The position numbers were made by a program, and so were the translations under genes. Positions 7,563 through 16,473 of a stretch of DNA of 32,000 bases are shown here, piece after piece. Under the pieces are notes generated by a model. That model was given only the letters and a program-made list of their open reading frames with translations. It ran no database searches and was not told the DNA's origin. Positions within the stretch are counted from its first letter, which is position 1. Each line of letters opens with the position of its first letter. The DNA comes from Propionibacteriaceae bacterium (GTDB taxonomy: Bacteria; Actinomycetota; Actinomycetes; Propionibacteriales; Propionibacteriaceae). Location: positions 120,001-152,000 of the forward strand of contig JAIRQE010000021.1 in NCBI GenBank assembly GCA_031256725.1. The letters run 5' to 3'.

Positions 7563-8480
7563 ATGTACCCAGACATCCTCCTTATTGGCGAGGCGCTGAT
7601 CGATATTGTGCGCCGAGCAGGAGCCAAACCTGAGTACCATCCTGGAGGAAGCCCTCTGAATGTGGCCGTTGGTCTAGGGCGCTTGGGTCATCGTCCGATT
7701 CTTGCGACCTGGTTCGCCCGAGACGAATTGGGTAGATCCATTGAAAAACACTGCGCCGATTCACAGGTACGAATCCTTCCGGGATCCGACCAGGCCCTTC
7801 GTACCCCCACCGCTGATGCCATTGTGGATGAGGATGGACATGCCGACTATGTCTTCGACATTGATCTACAGGTACCACCGCTTCCGATGGACTTCCATGG
7901 CTTGGTCCATACTGGCTCTATCGGGGCTCTGATACAGCCAGTAGCCACTGAGGTACTCTCCTATATTGAGAATATCCGGTCAGCTTTCATCACCTTTGAC
8001 CCCAATTGTCGACCATCCATCATGGGTGATGTCAATAATCTACGCCCGCTGGTTGAAGGCTACGTGGAGGCATCGAACCTGGTGAAGGTCTCCGATGAGG
8101 ATCTTCAATGGCTGTACCGTGGCCGTGGTACAACCGAAGCCGACCTCGAAGAGTTAGCGAAAGCCTGGGTCGGGTACGGCCCCACTGTGGTTATTGTCAC
8201 CATGGGCGCCGGGGGGGCTCTCGGGGTGACCCAAGACTTTACCGTTCGGGTAACAGCTGACACCTCTCACGGTTTGGTGGATACCGTGGGAGCAGGGGAT
8301 TCCTTTATGGCTGGGCTCATCCACGAAATCATCACAGGCGGGTATACCGAGGATCAGTCTGGACTTGGCGTAGATCCCCATGTACTCACAACCATCCTAA
8401 CCAGGGCCGCAGCCATGTCGGGGATCACCGTTTCACGTGCAGGGGCGAACCCTCCATGGCTATCAGAATTAGGGGAATGA
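7563..8480 (+). CDS. PfkB-family carbohydrate kinase (fructokinase-like)
   Basis: 305 aa. AAAGGGG RBS upstream. The N-terminal GG region is GGSPLNVAVGLGRLG and the C-terminal motif is DTVGAGDSF. Substrate not assignable from sequence alone. Confidence 0.8.
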   Translation: MYPDILLIGEALIDIVRRAGAKPEYHPGGSPLNVAVGLGRLGHRPILATWFARDELGRSIEKHCADSQVRILPGSDQALRTPTADAIVDEDGHADYVFDIDLQVPPLPMDFHGLVHTGSIGALIQPVATEVLSYIENIRSAFITFDPNCRPSIMGDVNNLRPLVEGYVEASNLVKVSDEDLQWLYRGRGTTEADLEELAKAWVGYGPTVVIVTMGAGGALGVTQDFTVRVTADTSHGLVDTVGAGDSFMAGLIHEIITGGYTEDQSGLGVDPHVLTTILTRAAAMSGITVSRAGANPPWLSELGE

Positions 8481-8481
8481 T

Positions 8482-9699
8482 ATGGACCTTCACAACGAAA
8501 CCCTCAGGTTACTCGACTTTGCTTTAGGGTCGGTGTGCGAGGAAGGCGGGTTCGGTTGGCTCGACGACACTGGTCAGATTGACCGCACCCAGGATAGGCA
8601 ATTGTGGATCAACTGCCGTATGACCCATGTCGCAGCAATTGGCACCCTGCTCAACCACCCGGGATGCCGTGAGGCTCTCGATCATGGGGTCACTGCCCTG
8701 ACAACGCTTTTCGCAGATCCCATCTACGGTGGGTGGTACGACCGAATCAGCTGGGATGGGCAACCAATCGATGACACTAAGGCTGCCTATGCTCATGCCT
8801 TCGTCATCCTCGCTGCCTCCAGTGCTGTCGCGGCAGGATCCACTAAGGCCCTTCCGCTCTTCCAGGAGGCCCTTACCATCTCCACGACCCGCTTCTGGGA
8901 TGAGACCCAATCCATGTCTGTTGAGGAGTGGGATCGCAGTTTCTCCACCCTGTCCACCTATCGCGGCGTCAACGCCAATATGCACACAGTTGAGGCCTAC
9001 CTTGCAGCCGCAGACGTAATCGACCTCGTACACCTCAGCACAGTCTCCAGTGATCTTCTCAGGGTACGAGCACACTCCATTATGGACAGGATCGTGAACC
9101 GTGAGGCCCGCGCCAACCAGTGGCGTATCCCTGAGCATTTCGATGAAATCTGGACCTCTGATTTAGAATATAACCGCAACCAGCCAGCCGATCCTTTCCG
9201 TCCCTTTGGGGCCACTATCGGGCACGGATTGGAATGGGCTCGCCTGGCCATCCAGACTCATGGGAGCATCACTGATCCACCTGAGTGGATGCTTGAAGGG
9301 GCCAAGGCTCTCTATGAAAGAGCTGTTGATGATGGGTGGGAGGTTGATGGTACTCCTGGGTTCATCTACACCAGTGATTGGGATGGTCACCCTGTCGTAC
9401 ACGAGCGAATGCACTGGGTACTTGCTGAGGCAATTGGAGCCAGTATTGCCCTCGACAAGGCAAGAATCCTTGCTACTTCCCAGGATTGTGGCCGCTGGTG
9501 GGATTACGCAGACACCTATCTCATTGACTACGACAATGGTTCTTGGCACCACGAGTTGGATCAGAACAATCGCCCCTCCTGTCTGGTGTGGACAGGCAAA
9601 CCAGATGTGTACCACGCACTACAGGCCACCTTGTTTTCTCGACTGCCTGTGGTACCAGCGATCGTACCTGCTCTTGCACGCGGATTGATCACGAGTTGA
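8482..9699 (+). CDS. AGE-family (N-acylglucosamine 2-epimerase / mannose isomerase / YihS-like) aldose-ketose isomerase or epimerase
   Basis: 405 aa, starting 1 nt after the kinase stop. The pattern of Trp/His-rich helices (GHGLEWARL, HWVLAEAI, WHHELD) is characteristic of the AGE (alpha/alpha)6-barrel superfamily. Confidence 0.75.
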   Translation: MDLHNETLRLLDFALGSVCEEGGFGWLDDTGQIDRTQDRQLWINCRMTHVAAIGTLLNHPGCREALDHGVTALTTLFADPIYGGWYDRISWDGQPIDDTKAAYAHAFVILAASSAVAAGSTKALPLFQEALTISTTRFWDETQSMSVEEWDRSFSTLSTYRGVNANMHTVEAYLAAADVIDLVHLSTVSSDLLRVRAHSIMDRIVNREARANQWRIPEHFDEIWTSDLEYNRNQPADPFRPFGATIGHGLEWARLAIQTHGSITDPPEWMLEGAKALYERAVDDGWEVDGTPGFIYTSDWDGHPVVHERMHWVLAEAIGASIALDKARILATSQDCGRWWDYADTYLIDYDNGSWHHELDQNNRPSCLVWTGKPDVYHALQATLFSRLPVVPAIVPALARGLITS

Positions 9700-9832
9700 T
9701 TCCCATATTCATGAAGAACCTTCCAAGAATCGGAGTGGGAATCTAGACATTGTGAGGTTTTCTTGTCCGCTGATAGACTTCGTATAAGAAGGGTTTTATC
9801 GGTCGTACCCCTAGGGGGACTAGGAGGGCTCT

Positions 9833-10975
9833 ATGGTACATAAACCTACTTCTGTTAATGCGCTGTTCAGTGACGGAATCCTTGAATCTGACTCTCGACT
9901 CCTTAACCTTGCCCGTTCCGGTGATCAAGAGGCTCTCACAAAGCTGTGGACCCGCTACTATACCTACGCCTATATCTCCGCATGCGAACGTGGAGGAAAA
10001 ACCGATCCTCACAAACTTGTCTCCCAAGCCTTCCGCAAGCAACTCATTGACGCTTCCAAGCGATCCAGCGATGTGAGCGCCTTCCTACGGGGATGGTTCA
10101 CCAAGCTTGGCGCCAAGCCTCCAGCCACCCCACATCGTGCAGTGGCGTGGGCTTTCTATGCACTCCCTGAAAAAACACGGGCCCTAGTCTGGCGTCACAA
10201 CATTGATGAATGGTCCGATGCTGAGATCATGGGTGAGTTCGCGATCAGCGCCAGGTCGGTTGATCTGTCGATCAACCAGGCCAACAGCCAGTTCGCAGAC
10301 AATGTCGCACTGGCATCTGGGCTCATGGGGATTCGCTCGGATCTGGAGCTCTTCCACGATGCGTCATGGCGAGCTGGCGCTCTGACGGCAGGAATCCTTC
10401 ACTCCCATCCTCATTATCTTGACTCCACCAAAGTGATCTATCCTCCTGGGCCACCAGAGGTCACATCCAAGTCACGGGTGGCTCTACCCAGCTTCAGTCT
10501 TGCGACTTGGTGGGCACAGGCATCAACCATTGCACGTGTAATTCCCATTGCTGGGGCAGCGTTAGTCATCGTGGCTGGGGCTGTCATTGGGATTCTTGGG
10601 TTGAGGCCACATACGACCGATAAGGAAACTGTGCCTCCTGCGGTCTACACTGCGTCCTACAACGAGCCGACTACTCCCACTCCATGGCCGACGCCTACGC
10701 CGACACCAACCCCTACTCCAACTGCGGAACCCACTCCCACGGAAACCCAGCCCGCTCCTCAGGCTACGCGTACATCGACAGCACCGAGGCCGACCCAGAG
10801 GCAAACAAGTGCGCCAGTGAATCCGCCACCAGCGCCTCCGCCTGCGCCATCTGTAACACTCGCTCCAACTACCGCACCGACGACACCCAGTGAAGAACCA
10901 CCTCCAACGGAAGAAGCACCTCCAACGGAAGAACCCACTGTCGTTGAGCCCCAGCCGAGTGTCACAGAGATATAG
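9833..10975 (+). CDS. Membrane-anchored sigma-70 (ECF)-like protein with a Pro/Thr-rich extracytoplasmic tail
   Basis: GGAGG RBS 5 nt upstream. The N-terminus has LARSGDQEALTKLWTRYYTYAY (region-2-like) and ALPEKTRALVWRHNIDEWSDAEIMGEFAISARSVDLSINQANSQF (region-4 HTH-like). A single TM helix VIPIAGAALVIVAGAVIGILGL follows. The C-terminal 110 aa are P/T/E-rich (PTPTPTPTPTPT, EEPPPTEEAPPTEEP). Confidence 0.6.
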   Translation: MVHKPTSVNALFSDGILESDSRLLNLARSGDQEALTKLWTRYYTYAYISACERGGKTDPHKLVSQAFRKQLIDASKRSSDVSAFLRGWFTKLGAKPPATPHRAVAWAFYALPEKTRALVWRHNIDEWSDAEIMGEFAISARSVDLSINQANSQFADNVALASGLMGIRSDLELFHDASWRAGALTAGILHSHPHYLDSTKVIYPPGPPEVTSKSRVALPSFSLATWWAQASTIARVIPIAGAALVIVAGAVIGILGLRPHTTDKETVPPAVYTASYNEPTTPTPWPTPTPTPTPTPTAEPTPTETQPAPQATRTSTAPRPTQRQTSAPVNPPPAPPPAPSVTLAPTTAPTTPSEEPPPTEEAPPTEEPTVVEPQPSVTEI

Positions 10976-11000
10976 AGCTCATTTCTTTCTCGTTGAAGCC

Positions 11001-11825
11001 CTAGAAATCCGTTGGCCGACCTAAGTATTCCCATTCAGCAAGTTCTGCTAGATGGGTCTCTAACTCTGTACGGATCACATCGAAAGCGAAGTTTCCAAGA
11101 GGGAACCTAAATGGGGGATTCTCAGACATAACAGCTGTGATGATTGCCTCGGCGGCCTTCTCGGGGTCACCAGCTTGGGTACCATGCATGGTGTCCTTCT
11201 CCTTTCGGCGTACACCCACTGTCTCAGCATAGGCAGCGATAGGTACATCAGGCTGTTTCAAGGATCGGCCCGCAAAGTCTGTACGGAAGGGGCCAGGTTG
11301 AACAATGATGACCCGGATACCGTGAGGTTCGACTTCGATCTTCAACCCAGCAGACATTCCCTCAAGAGCGAACTTCGTTGCGGAATAGAGCCCCGATCCA
11401 GCCGAGGACACCTGTCCTGCAGTCGAAGAAACATTCACGATCCTCCCACTGCCCTGGGCCCTCATCGTTGGCAGGAACTGCTGAATCAGATCCAATGGAC
11501 CAAAGAAGTTCGTTGCGAACAGTTCGTCGGTGGCGTCCCTCTCGGCCTCTTCGACCGCTGAACGGTAGCCGTACCCTGCATTATTCACAAGGACATCAAG
11601 TCGTCCAAAACGATCAATGGTTGCCTGTACTGCTGCTAGAACTTGGTCATGGTCCATCACATCTAGGGGTACGGCCAAAGCTTGATCGGGGTAGCCGGCA
11701 ACCAGGTCGGCAACTGTGTGAACATCGCGGGCGGTGACGACAGCCTCGAATCCATGTGAGAGAACGGCTTTCGCAAGCGCTCGCCCGATTCCCGTTGAAC
11801 AACCAGTAATAAACCACGTTGACAT
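11001..11825 (-). CDS. Short-chain dehydrogenase/reductase (SDR) family oxidoreductase
   Basis: The start is reassigned to ATG 11825 (MSTWFITG), with GGAGAG 4 nt upstream. Motifs present: TGCSTGIGRA (TGxxxGxG), NNAG and YSATK (YxxxK). Confidence 0.9.
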   Translation of the reverse strand: MSTWFITGCSTGIGRALAKAVLSHGFEAVVTARDVHTVADLVAGYPDQALAVPLDVMDHDQVLAAVQATIDRFGRLDVLVNNAGYGYRSAVEEAERDATDELFATNFFGPLDLIQQFLPTMRAQGSGRIVNVSSTAGQVSSAGSGLYSATKFALEGMSAGLKIEVEPHGIRVIIVQPGPFRTDFAGRSLKQPDVPIAAYAETVGVRRKEKDTMHGTQAGDPEKAAEAIITAVMSENPPFRFPLGNFAFDVIRTELETHLAELAEWEYLGRPTDF

Positions 11826-11863
11826 TATCTCTCCTGTTGTGAATGTGTGTTGTTGGGCAGTAC

Positions 11864-12589
11864 CTAACTGACGGTCTGCCATACGACGATGTTCTTGCGT
11901 ACTGGTATTGCGCTCGCATCCTCGACGAAAAGCTCGGGTGAATGGTCTTGGATCTCGCTGATAATCGCAAAGATTGCACTCAAATGGACGGTCAATAAAT
12001 CCTTGGATTTCTCGATCTTCCCGTCGACCACGGCATTAAAGATCCCACGATGTTCGCTTGCCAGCTCAACAAGGTTGGTATGCGCTCTCAAGGTGAGCAT
12101 TCGGGCACGATCAAGATGGGACTTCGCAGAGGCCAAGGCAGTCCACGCAGTGCCATGCCCTGCGAGGTCAAGGAGTTTGTGATGGAAATCCTCATCCAAG
12201 TTAATGAATGTTGTGAGATCTTGGGCTTGGGCAACCTGATCTTGGTGATCCAGGTTCTCCCTGAGTAATCCGACGGTTTCCTCGTTGAGGGGGTACACAA
12301 TATCGGCGAGGGAAGCCACTTCGACTGCCTGCCTCAGGAATTGTGCATTGGCGACCTTCTGAGGATCGACCCTTGAGACGAAGGAGCCGATTTGGGGGAA
12401 GATTCGCACGAACCCATCCTCGGCAAGCAGGATCAATGCTTCTCGAATGGGGGTCCGAGACATGTCGAGGGTAGCCGATAACTCTGATTCCCTCAATGCA
12501 TGCCCAGGTGGCAAATTCAAATGAACAATCTGCTCTAATAAGGCTTTATAGGCACGCTGTCTGGACCCACCTCTTTGTGCGGTGCTCAT
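11864..12589 (-). CDS. GntR-family transcriptional regulator, FadR/FCD subfamily
   Basis: The N-terminal winged HTH is ..LRESELSATLDMSRTPIREALILLAEDGFV. The all-helical C-terminal domain is FCD-like. ATG 12589 sits 6 nt downstream of a TATACT box (plus-strand coordinates 12596-12601), suggesting a leaderless mRNA. An alternative GTG at 12607 has no RBS. Confidence 0.85.
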   Translation of the reverse strand: MSTAQRGGSRQRAYKALLEQIVHLNLPPGHALRESELSATLDMSRTPIREALILLAEDGFVRIFPQIGSFVSRVDPQKVANAQFLRQAVEVASLADIVYPLNEETVGLLRENLDHQDQVAQAQDLTTFINLDEDFHHKLLDLAGHGTAWTALASAKSHLDRARMLTLRAHTNLVELASEHRGIFNAVVDGKIEKSKDLLTVHLSAIFAIISEIQDHSPELFVEDASAIPVRKNIVVWQTVS

Positions 12590-12636
12590 TGAACAAGTAT
12601 AACGCACCTAGTATTGAAGTACTATCTACCATATTG

Positions 12637-12670
12637 ATCCTCGCGCCATCCATGGCGAGGATTTTATTGT
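12637..12670 (+). terminator. Terminator-like hairpin followed by TTTTATT (plus-strand orientation) in the GntR/MFS divergent region
   Basis: atcctcgcgccat-cc-atggcgaggat (one 2-nt bulge) is followed by ttttatt. No plus-strand gene lies upstream, so its function is unclear. Confidence 0.3.
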
Positions 12671-12683
12671 GATATGAAAATGC

Positions 12684-12760
12684 CAGGGGACGCATCTTCT
12701 GACACACCTTGACCATGTACCCCACCCTTTCGCTTAAGTGGTCAAGAGATACGTCCCCTG
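12684..12760. other. Nested stem structure of 77 nt (9-bp outer stem, 8-9-bp inner stem) in the intergenic region
   Basis: The outer stem caggggacg (12684-12692) pairs with cgtcccctg (12752-12760). The inner stem cttgaccat (12708-12716) pairs with gtggtcaag (12738-12746). The element lies upstream of the predicted MFS promoter. Confidence 0.3.
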
Positions 12761-12764
12761 ACAT

Positions 12765-12792
12765 TTGGAAGGCTGCATCTGGCTTCTAAAAT
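12765..12792 (+). promoter_or_regulatory. Candidate sigma-70-type promoter of the MFS gene
   Basis: TTGGAA (12765-12770), a 16-nt spacer, then TAAAAT (12787-12792), about 64 nt upstream of ATG 12856. Confidence 0.4.
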
Positions 12793-12855
12793 CTGAGTTT
12801 CCTGCAAGTACGAAGGTGCCATATTTCTATCGGACAACCATAGTAGGGTTGGTTC

Positions 12856-14058
12856 ATGGTTCCCCGTACCCTTGACTCACCGCGAGCTATTGCAGCGGTC
12901 ATACTCCTATTCGCCTATAACGGGCTCGTAATTGGGGTCTATGCTGCCTCCATCCCCATCCTGAGAACCAAGTTTGGGTTGGATGCCATCCAAATGGGGA
13001 TACTCTTTGTGGTCGTCGGCATCTCCGCAGTTGCAACGATGCAGGTCTCAGGTCGCCTAGCTGATTCTCTGGGAGCTCGGCGAGTGTGCTTGGCAATGAT
13101 CCTCCCACTGATCATCGCAATCGCGGGGCTCGCACTCGCGCCAACCCATGCGCTCCTTCTCGTCGCGGGTGTCTTCCTTGGCATGGGAAATGGTGGTATC
13201 GATGTTGCCATGAATGCTCTCGCCGTCCATGTGGAGCGTCACCGTCTTGATAGTGGTCGCGGTCCCATTATGAGTTTCTTCCATGGGATGTGGGCCATCG
13301 GCTCCTTCGTGGGTAGTTTTGCAATCTCCATCGTGGGTACCGCCATCGGATTCAGCCAGGGCCTCACCCTCCTCGTTGTGGGGCTTACAGCCGCTGGGAT
13401 CGGTGCGGTTGCTTGGATTGTCGCCTACCTGATTACCCCAGAAACCGACCCTGTGGTACACCGAAGTGAAACAGGCGAGAAGACACCCATACCGCGGGCT
13501 GCCTATCTTCTGGGGCTCATGGCTATAGCCTTCGGCCTGGGAGAGGGTACCGCCAATGACTGGTCTGGGGCTCACGTGCAATCAATCGCCAATGTGGACC
13601 CTCGTACTGCTGCCTGGACTGTCACTGCTATGACCGCCTCCATGGTTATTATCCGCTTGACTGGGGATTTCCTCGTCACGAAACTGGGACGCAAAACCCT
13701 TCTGAGAGCTGGTGGGATTGTGGCTGCTGCCGGGTACCTCACCGCCGCCTTCGCAACTCCTTTCCCGGTACTCATAGCTGCTTGGGCCTTGGTGGGTTTC
13801 GGGATCGGCGTTGTTGCTCCCCAGGTTTTTGCAGCAGCTGGTCACATGGCGGGAGGCCGTGGGCTCGCAGTCGTTGTCAGTTTTGGGTACACGACCTTCC
13901 TGGTTGGCCCAGCCATCATCAGCGCACTCGTCCACTTCTTCGGCATTGACCGAGCCATGGTCGTACCAGGCGTACTCCTGCTTGGTCTCGTTGCTCTAGT
14001 CGGAATTGCCCTCAAAGACGGAACAGATTCTCTGCCGTTATCTGAAGAAGGCTCCTAA
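12856..14058 (+). CDS. MFS transporter
   Basis: 400 aa with about 12 hydrophobic helices. The MFS motif-A-like loop is SGRLADSLGARRV between TM2 and TM3. It is divergent from the GntR(FCD)-SDR pair. Confidence 0.85.
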   Translation: MVPRTLDSPRAIAAVILLFAYNGLVIGVYAASIPILRTKFGLDAIQMGILFVVVGISAVATMQVSGRLADSLGARRVCLAMILPLIIAIAGLALAPTHALLLVAGVFLGMGNGGIDVAMNALAVHVERHRLDSGRGPIMSFFHGMWAIGSFVGSFAISIVGTAIGFSQGLTLLVVGLTAAGIGAVAWIVAYLITPETDPVVHRSETGEKTPIPRAAYLLGLMAIAFGLGEGTANDWSGAHVQSIANVDPRTAAWTVTAMTASMVIIRLTGDFLVTKLGRKTLLRAGGIVAAAGYLTAAFATPFPVLIAAWALVGFGIGVVAPQVFAAAGHMAGGRGLAVVVSFGYTTFLVGPAIISALVHFFGIDRAMVVPGVLLLGLVALVGIALKDGTDSLPLSEEGS

Positions 14059-14064
14059 AAAAGG

Positions 14065-14105
14065 ACTGCCTCAGAGTTGGGGATACTCATCAACTCTGAG
14101 GCAGT
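14065..14105 (-). terminator. Intrinsic terminator for the minus-strand cupin gene, located between convergent genes
   Basis: A 15-bp perfect stem (actgcctcagagttg / caactctgaggcagt) with an 11-nt loop. On the minus strand it is followed by a T-run (plus-strand aaaaaa at 14057-14062). It may also stop MFS read-through. Confidence 0.75.
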
Positions 14106-14132
14106 GAGGAGGTCTTGCGGAGACCTCTTGGA

Positions 14133-14549
14133 CTAGCCTTCTTCGATTAGTGCGCGCAGTTGCTCGCGCGGTGGATTGAAGACATCAATGCATACAGCGC
14201 CCGAGTCGGGACCTGTACCACCACCATGGTTCACCCATGAAGGAATGTAGACAACCTCTCCAGCCTTGATGACGCGTGTCTCTTCACCCAGGGTGAAGAT
14301 CATTTCGCCTTCAAGAACGATAGTGATCTGTTCTTCTTCGTGGGCATGGGGAGGACTCGGTGAATTCGGCTCGACCGTAATGTAATTCACGAGAAGGTTC
14401 TTACCCAAAATGGGACGCATGACAGCCCCGATAACGGGACTGAATTCTTTGGCATCTGCCCAACTTAGCCATCTTCCTGGCTCGGTTGGCGTTCCAGCAT
14501 CATCTGTAGGAACGAAGTAACTGGTGTCGTAACCATTGTCCTGGCTCAT
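14133..14549 (-). CDS. Cupin-domain protein (paralogue of 21459..21911)
   Basis: 138 aa. GGAGAG RBS upstream. Metal-binding cupin motifs are PPHAHEEEQITIVLEGE and AGEVVYIPSWVNHGG. It is collinear with the second cupin (shared blocks YFV, PILG, NYI, EPNSP, HAH.EEQI, LEGE, KAG, IP.WV.HGGGT, IDVF.PPR.QL). Confidence 0.85.
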   Translation of the reverse strand: MSQDNGYDTSYFVPTDDAGTPTEPGRWLSWADAKEFSPVIGAVMRPILGKNLLVNYITVEPNSPSPPHAHEEEQITIVLEGEMIFTLGEETRVIKAGEVVYIPSWVNHGGGTGPDSGAVCIDVFNPPREQLRALIEEG

Positions 14550-14587
14550 ATCACTCTCCGTTGGCGTGAAGCGACAAACTCGTCGCC

Positions 14588-14640
14588 TAGTAGTAATATA
14601 CTACTACTTCCATTCTAGAAACAGGGATAGTTTCTGTCAA
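14588..14640 (-). promoter_or_regulatory. Near-consensus promoter of cupin 1 plus an inverted-repeat operator at about +1
   Basis: On the minus strand: TTGACA (plus-strand coordinates 14635-14640), 17 nt, TAGAAT (14612-14617), 5 nt, then TAGTAGTA-ATA-TACTACTA (14588-14606, perfect 8-bp arms). Confidence 0.65.
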
Positions 14641-14782
14641 GGGTTTCAGGCAAAATATGAGGAATCTCAGGAAGATACCGAACGGAGGAGTCATTTCCTG
14701 ATGGAAATGACTGGTGAGCGTGTTTGGGACAGATGTACCCCACCCCTCCATCCACCTGACACGTAATTCGCTACTCAGCGAT

Positions 14783-15514
14783 TCAGCGAATACCAATGTG
14801 GAAGCGTACATTGTCGCAGCGGTGAAGGGCGTAATATGCCTCGAACCGGCTCCCATCAAAAAGCCAAGAAATCGAATCGATCCCCAAGACAGGGGTTTGA
14901 ATATCGATTTCGAGAAGGGCCGCGTCATCCTCGGAAGCGAATACTGCATCAATCCAGCGATCAGCCCCAGCAGTTTGCAAAGAGTAATTGCGTCGAAGGA
15001 TGTTGTACAAAGAGTTGTTCTCCAGGTTGAGTTTCTCAAGACCCTGTACCAATCGGGCCGGGAGTACAGCCCGAGTCAACATCCACGGAATATCATCGAC
15101 CCTTCTCAAACGAGTCAGACGTACCACTGGAGTACCCTCAGCAATCAGGAGTCGTTCAGACTCATGGGAGGTGGCCTCACCAGGTTCCTGTTCCAGAATC
15201 TGAGTGGTGACCCGACGGCCAAAGCGACGCAAATCGTCGGCTGAACCTGTGACTGATCCTATGAAGTTCACCTCAGTATGTCGAGGAGAGACATAGGTAC
15301 CCTTGCCCTTGATTGCGTACACGAGGTTCTGCTGGGTCAACTCCCTGAGGGCTTCGCGCACAACGGTACGTGAAACCCTGTAGAGGTCGCCTAACTCGGT
15401 TTCCGAGGGTAGGGACTGGTCTGGCTTCAAGCGGCCAGAACGTATGTCCTCTCGGAGTATGCACATCAACTGCAGCCATAAAGGCGCAGGGTCATCACGT
15501 CGCAGATGGCTCAT
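14783..15514 (-). CDS. GntR-family transcriptional regulator, HutC/UTRA subfamily
   Basis: The winged HTH is LPSETELGDLYRVSRTVVREALRELTQQNLVYAIKGKGTYV. The C-terminal alpha/beta domain is UTRA-like. ATG 15514 (MSHLRR..) is preferred over GTG 15526, which lacks an RBS. It is the last gene of the leftward operon. Confidence 0.85.
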   Translation of the reverse strand: MSHLRRDDPAPLWLQLMCILREDIRSGRLKPDQSLPSETELGDLYRVSRTVVREALRELTQQNLVYAIKGKGTYVSPRHTEVNFIGSVTGSADDLRRFGRRVTTQILEQEPGEATSHESERLLIAEGTPVVRLTRLRRVDDIPWMLTRAVLPARLVQGLEKLNLENNSLYNILRRNYSLQTAGADRWIDAVFASEDDAALLEIDIQTPVLGIDSISWLFDGSRFEAYYALHRCDNVRFHIGIR

Positions 15515-15547
15515 AGGCTTTCCCACTTAGAACTATCGGACCGTAGG

Positions 15548-16441
15548 CTACTGAATCCTGGAGCCTACGTCAACGCACGAACGGTACTCGTCGTAGGCAT
15601 CCTTGGGGCTAACATCATCATGAACAACCGCGCGTACTGCCTGGATCATGGCTGCAGGGTGAGCACTCTGGAAGATATTACGGCCCATGTCCACACCAGC
15701 AGCACCAGCGCCTATGGCCCGACTCGCCATCGTGAGGGCATCAAGTTCGGGGAGTTTCTTTCCGCCAGCCATGATCACCGGTACTGGGCAAGCAGCCACA
15801 ACGTGGTCGAAGTCTTCCTCGCAGTAATAGGTCTTGACGATCTGGGCCCCAAGCTCGGCGATGATTCGGGTTGCCAAACCGAGATATCGAGTGTCACGGG
15901 TCAGATCCCGTCCCACAGCTGTGACACCAAGTACGGGGATACCAACCTCCAGGCCAGCGTCAACAAGAGTTGTCAGATTGTGGACTGACCGTGACTCGTT
16001 TTCTCCACCAATGAACACCTGTACTGCCACAGCGTCGGCATTCATCCGTACCGCATCTGACATGGATAGGGCCACGTACTCATCCGAGAGCTCCTTCAAT
16101 ACCGAGGGCCCACCTGAGGCACGCAGTACCAACCCTGCTTGGGTGGCGGGGGGGATGGAGGTCCTCGCTGCTCCGCGTGTACACATCAATGCATCGACAC
16201 ATGACTCTAGGGGAGCAATATCAAGATCTATGCGCTCCAACCCCGATGTGGGGCCCTGGAAATAGCCATGATCGAAGGCCAGCATCACTGTACGGCCTGT
16301 GGATGGATTGAAAATCCGCCCGAGGCGGTTTTGCATTCCCCAGTCAAGATTGCTGGCTCCACGGATCTTATGAATGAACTGTGCGGGAGGGGTATCCGGT
16401 TGGAAACGTTTCGCAGCAGCATTACCTTCTAAATCAGCCAT
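15548..16441 (-). CDS. lsrF: LsrF-like class I aldolase/thiolase (DeoC/LacD-DhnA superfamily; 3-hydroxy-5-phosphonooxypentane-2,4-dione thiolase family)
   Basis: 297 aa. AAGGAA RBS upstream. From memory it is collinear with E. coli LsrF over its whole length: [61 protein letters not shown] (the strand carrying the Schiff-base Lys in LsrF), [11 protein letters not shown] and [11 protein letters not shown]. Confidence 0.8.
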   Translation of the reverse strand: MADLEGNAAAKRFQPDTPPAQFIHKIRGASNLDWGMQNRLGRIFNPSTGRTVMLAFDHGYFQGPTSGLERIDLDIAPLESCVDALMCTRGAARTSIPPATQAGLVLRASGGPSVLKELSDEYVALSMSDAVRMNADAVAVQVFIGGENESRSVHNLTTLVDAGLEVGIPVLGVTAVGRDLTRDTRYLGLATRIIAELGAQIVKTYYCEEDFDHVVAACPVPVIMAGGKKLPELDALTMASRAIGAGAAGVDMGRNIFQSAHPAAMIQAVRAVVHDDVSPKDAYDEYRSCVDVGSRIQ

Positions 16442-16473
16442 AATATTTTCCTTTCATTATTCTGTAAATCTGA

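Noticed and set aside
10640-10960. Repetitive DNA (ccgacgcct/acaccaac units, and cacctccaacggaagaa twice), considered as a possible tandem repeat or CRISPR-like array.
   Set aside because: It is in-frame low-complexity coding sequence for the PT/PE-rich tail of the sigma-like protein. The repeats are short and imperfect, with no spacer architecture.
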